DNA of 64,000 nt, from contig NC_042998.1 in NCBI RefSeq assembly GCF_006345805.1, positions 134,602,001-134,666,000 on the forward strand, read 5' to 3'. This DNA comes from Octopus sinensis. Taxonomy: Eukaryota. The position numbers and the translations under genes were made by a program. Shown here piece by piece: positions 60,845 to 64,000 of the stretch; position 1 is the first letter of the stretch, and each line of letters begins with the position of its first letter. Under the pieces are notes generated by a model that saw only the letters and a program-made list of their open reading frames with translations, was not told where the DNA came from and made no database searches.

Positions 60845-62591
60845 CTATCACCCATTACATAATCATTGCCAATCTACAGAAGTCTAATCCCTCTTACTTT
60901 TATTGTTTCTTGTCAATAGGCACAATGAAGACTGAGATTATTCTTCCAGTTATCTTATTGTCATAGTTCTTATTTTCTACAGTATATGTTGGTCACAACT
61001 CCTTATCTTACACATTATCATTGGTCATGCATCTTCCAATGAAGGCAATTATCTTGTGACAACAGATCTCATTCAATCTTACAAATACTTAATTGTAACC
61101 TATTTTCTAGTATATCTCCCACATCATTCAGTTTGGCATCTCATTGCTTTATCCACTCATACTCAACTCTTTTGATACCAAACTGTCTGAGGCTGGCATT
61201 GTTTTAAAATGATCTAAATTAATACCTTCCATCAAAATCTCATGTTAATTTATTTTCCAAAGGCAAGCTTGATAATGATAAAGTTATTTCACTAAATTCT
61301 TCATTATTTTCAAAATTTATTGAAACAAAAGCAGTATCTATTAATAGAAATATTTTTTAAAATGTTAAAACACTTTTCTATATATTTTTCATTAATGATC
61401 TCAATTTTTTATATGACACATAAGATAAGGTGTGAGTTTTATTTATTTATTTACTTATTTATTTATTTCATGGTTTATAGTGGAGAAAGGTAGTACCCAT
61501 GATCTTTTCAAGTGTGTGAGTTTGGCTGGGGAATAGGAAAAAGAAACCATGTTGCTATCCTTAGACCAGATATCTGGTTCAAATACATACAAGATAGTGG
61601 ACTTGGTTTAATGTATCTAAAGATCAGATGGTGGTTAAACTAGGCAATGGATTGGTGTTCCCTTGTCTCTTCAAGTTTGAGAGAAGTGTGTCTCTGTGTG
61701 ATGTGAGAAGTCAACATTTTTTCTTTAGTTTTTCTTAGTTGTTGCTGTTTTGTCCCAGGTCAGTTTTGACTGAGTAGACCGATGACCAAAGACCTTCCAG
61801 TCATGATCATCTCATATTTTTTTACAACAGTAGAGTGTGATTTTAGGGAAATTAAATTTGCTTATTACTTTTTGTAACTTGAGTGATCATGTGGAAGCTA
61901 TCTTTTAGTTGTGAAAGGAGAGGCAGAGGCCACGACCTTCACAGACCAAAGAATTATTCTAGATATGTACAAAGGACCTCACAGTGACCATAATTAAGTG
62001 TTCATGATTGATATTGCTCAATTATAAATAGGAATTGGCTGTGGATATTGTTGTTCCAGCTCTATACTGAGTAGAACTATGTTCAAAGACTGCCCAACTG
62101 TGCTTGCCCTATCTTCTTAGAGATGTTTCCAAAACTACATTATTCAACTTGTTTTTCCTTGATATACAGGTTTAATTTAAAGAAGCTTTGGTTGCTATTT
62201 TTAGCATGTTGAATGACCACATGGTGGTCACTTTGTCTCTGATAGTTAAATATGTTTCTCTCCACTATATCTAACTATATCTGCTCTGTATTAACCATTT
62301 AATATTCAGATTACTCTGTCAAATGTAATGCTTATTTATTTGCATTGTTTTGAATTGATCATGTACTTGTCTCATAGCTTTGAAATTTTGATGATGTAAT
62401 TGTTTATTTTTAAAATGACTCCATAGAATAGGTGTGAGAGGCCAAATTTGGCTGATACGAAGATAAAACTGATAGAATATTTGGGCTGGATATGGCCAAG
62501 TTAAATCCTAAAGAGTTAAAGAAATACTTGTGTGCACACAACTTTCCACAGTAATTGGCTATTCCTAATCCCTCAATTGCATCAAGACTAG

Positions 62592-63192
62592 GGATCTTTT
62601 CACTTTGACCGGCAGATTTTTAAAATAATTTCTTTGTAATTATGACCCTAGTATCGATCTACTGCATTTCAATCTATGTTAGAGTTAGGATTAGGGTTGG
62701 GTTAGGGGTGGGGGGAAGGGTATCTTTTCTCTTCAGAAATGTAAATAAACCCAATCTGTTTCTTAAACGAATATATAATATGTAATGTGTGTATCTGTGC
62801 AACAGAGAGGGAAATCAAAACTGCTTATGTTGTGAACTTAGAATATGTGTTTATTAATAAAAGTTTAATAACGATAATCTTTTATTCATATGAATGTAAC
62901 TGATATGAAATATGTCATAAATAACAGTGACATTTTCATATGACACCACAAATAATTGTTGTTGACACACTACAGCAGAAATTGAATTCACCTCAATAGA
63001 CATCATTGATTGGTTGAAATTGCTGAAATGCAAGAAATTAAAGAACAAATAGCTTACAAACTACAGAATTTTTTCAAGAAAGCCAAGCGAAAAGGATGTT
63101 TTATAAACACATTCTACCCGTATACGAAGTTTAAAAGTGTTTAGTTACAAAGAAATTATTAAAAAAATCTGCCGGTCAAAGTGAAAAGATCC
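62592..63192. mobile_element. Merlin-like MITE, longer relative of 45038-45444
   Basis: TIR GGATCTTTTCACTTTGACCGGCAGATTTTT / AAAAATCTGCCGGTCAAAGTGAAAAGATCC, perfect 8-bp TSD AAGACTAG (62584-62591 and 63193-63200) and internal GTTAGGATTAGGGTTGGGTTAGGGG. Confidence 0.88.
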
Positions 63193-63654
63193 AAGACTAG
63201 AATTACTGTTGCTTACATTGTAAGTACAAGAACAATGTTAAAAACTTAAGATAAACAAAAGATAAGAGGGGGAGAAAGGGAATGATAGCAGGGAGAAGAG
63301 AAGGTATTAATGTAATCAAAAGTTCAGGAGGAAATAGAAAGTTGTGATTATCTGAATATTTGTGCATTGTAGGTATCTATAGTGTATTTCTTTGAATGTG
63401 TATGTGTCTTTTCATTTATGTGTGTGTTCAAGCCATGGATCTATGTATGTTTTCATCAAAGTATAAAGTGCTTAGAAAATGTACAATGAATGTGTATTGG
63501 TTTATGTGTTTATTAACAGTTTGTGACCGTTCATTGATTGGTTATATGTCATTGTTGATATGTGTTTTTATTGTTACTGTTAAGCAGTGGTTTGTAGTTG
63601 TCCAAGCGGTCATATGGTGTTTTGGCTGTAGCAGTTGCAGCAATGGTAGTGGTC

Positions 63655-63870
63655 ACGCCACTAGTGGCTGCATCCATCTCACTAGTAGTGCAGCTTAAGA
63701 AGAAGGAGTAGTAGTAGTAGTGGTAGTGGTGGTGTTGGTGGTGGTGATGGTGGAAATTGTAACTGTAGTGAGAGTGATTTATTCCTCTCCTTCAGTAGCA
63801 AGAATGGCCATAGTGGTAGTAGCTGTAGTGATAGCAGTAGTAGTAGTAATATTTTCTCTTCCATAGTAGT
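63655..63870. repeat. Degenerate (TAG)/(TGG) trinucleotide low-complexity tract
   Basis: Direct reading. Confidence 0.8.
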
Positions 63871-64000
63871 TAAGATGTGGTGTTTGATTATGAATGCTGT
63901 TTCTTTATTGATGTCTTGTTGTTACCATGTAACACTGGCAAATTGATATAAAGAAAAGATCATAAGATTTGGTTGTTTCTGACTAGCAATTGTGTCTATA

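Overview
AT-rich eukaryotic genomic DNA made mostly of (TA)n/(TG)n/(TC)n microsatellites and transposon relics. The SINE, RTE-tail and microsatellite repertoire looks like an octopus (coleoid cephalopod) genome, which is an inference from remembered repeat families. I found no confidently recognisable host protein-coding exon, and nearly all ORFs in the track are microsatellite or SINE artefacts or decayed TE frames. Supported content: at least three tRNA-derived SINE families; RTE, Tx1/L1, CR1-like and Penelope-like (GIY-YIG) retroelement fragments; minimal hammerhead-ribozyme motifs; two near full-length mariners; a hAT (Buster/Charlie-like) fragment; Helitron-type non-autonomous elements; Merlin-like and other MITEs; a solo LTR; and two local duplications, one of which gives filled and empty insertion sites. 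The window appears to have three parts: a CpG-poor left arm, a CpG-retaining core (about 13.7-46.3 kb) and a CpG-poor, T-rich right arm. This suggests two divergent methylated gene bodies with promoter-like sequence near 15.3 kb and 42.9 kb. I see no convincing wholly new biological system. The best leads are an RTE LINE ending in three tandem C2H2 zinc fingers, MITEs carrying telomere-like repeats, the ribozyme motifs and the templated-insertion scars.
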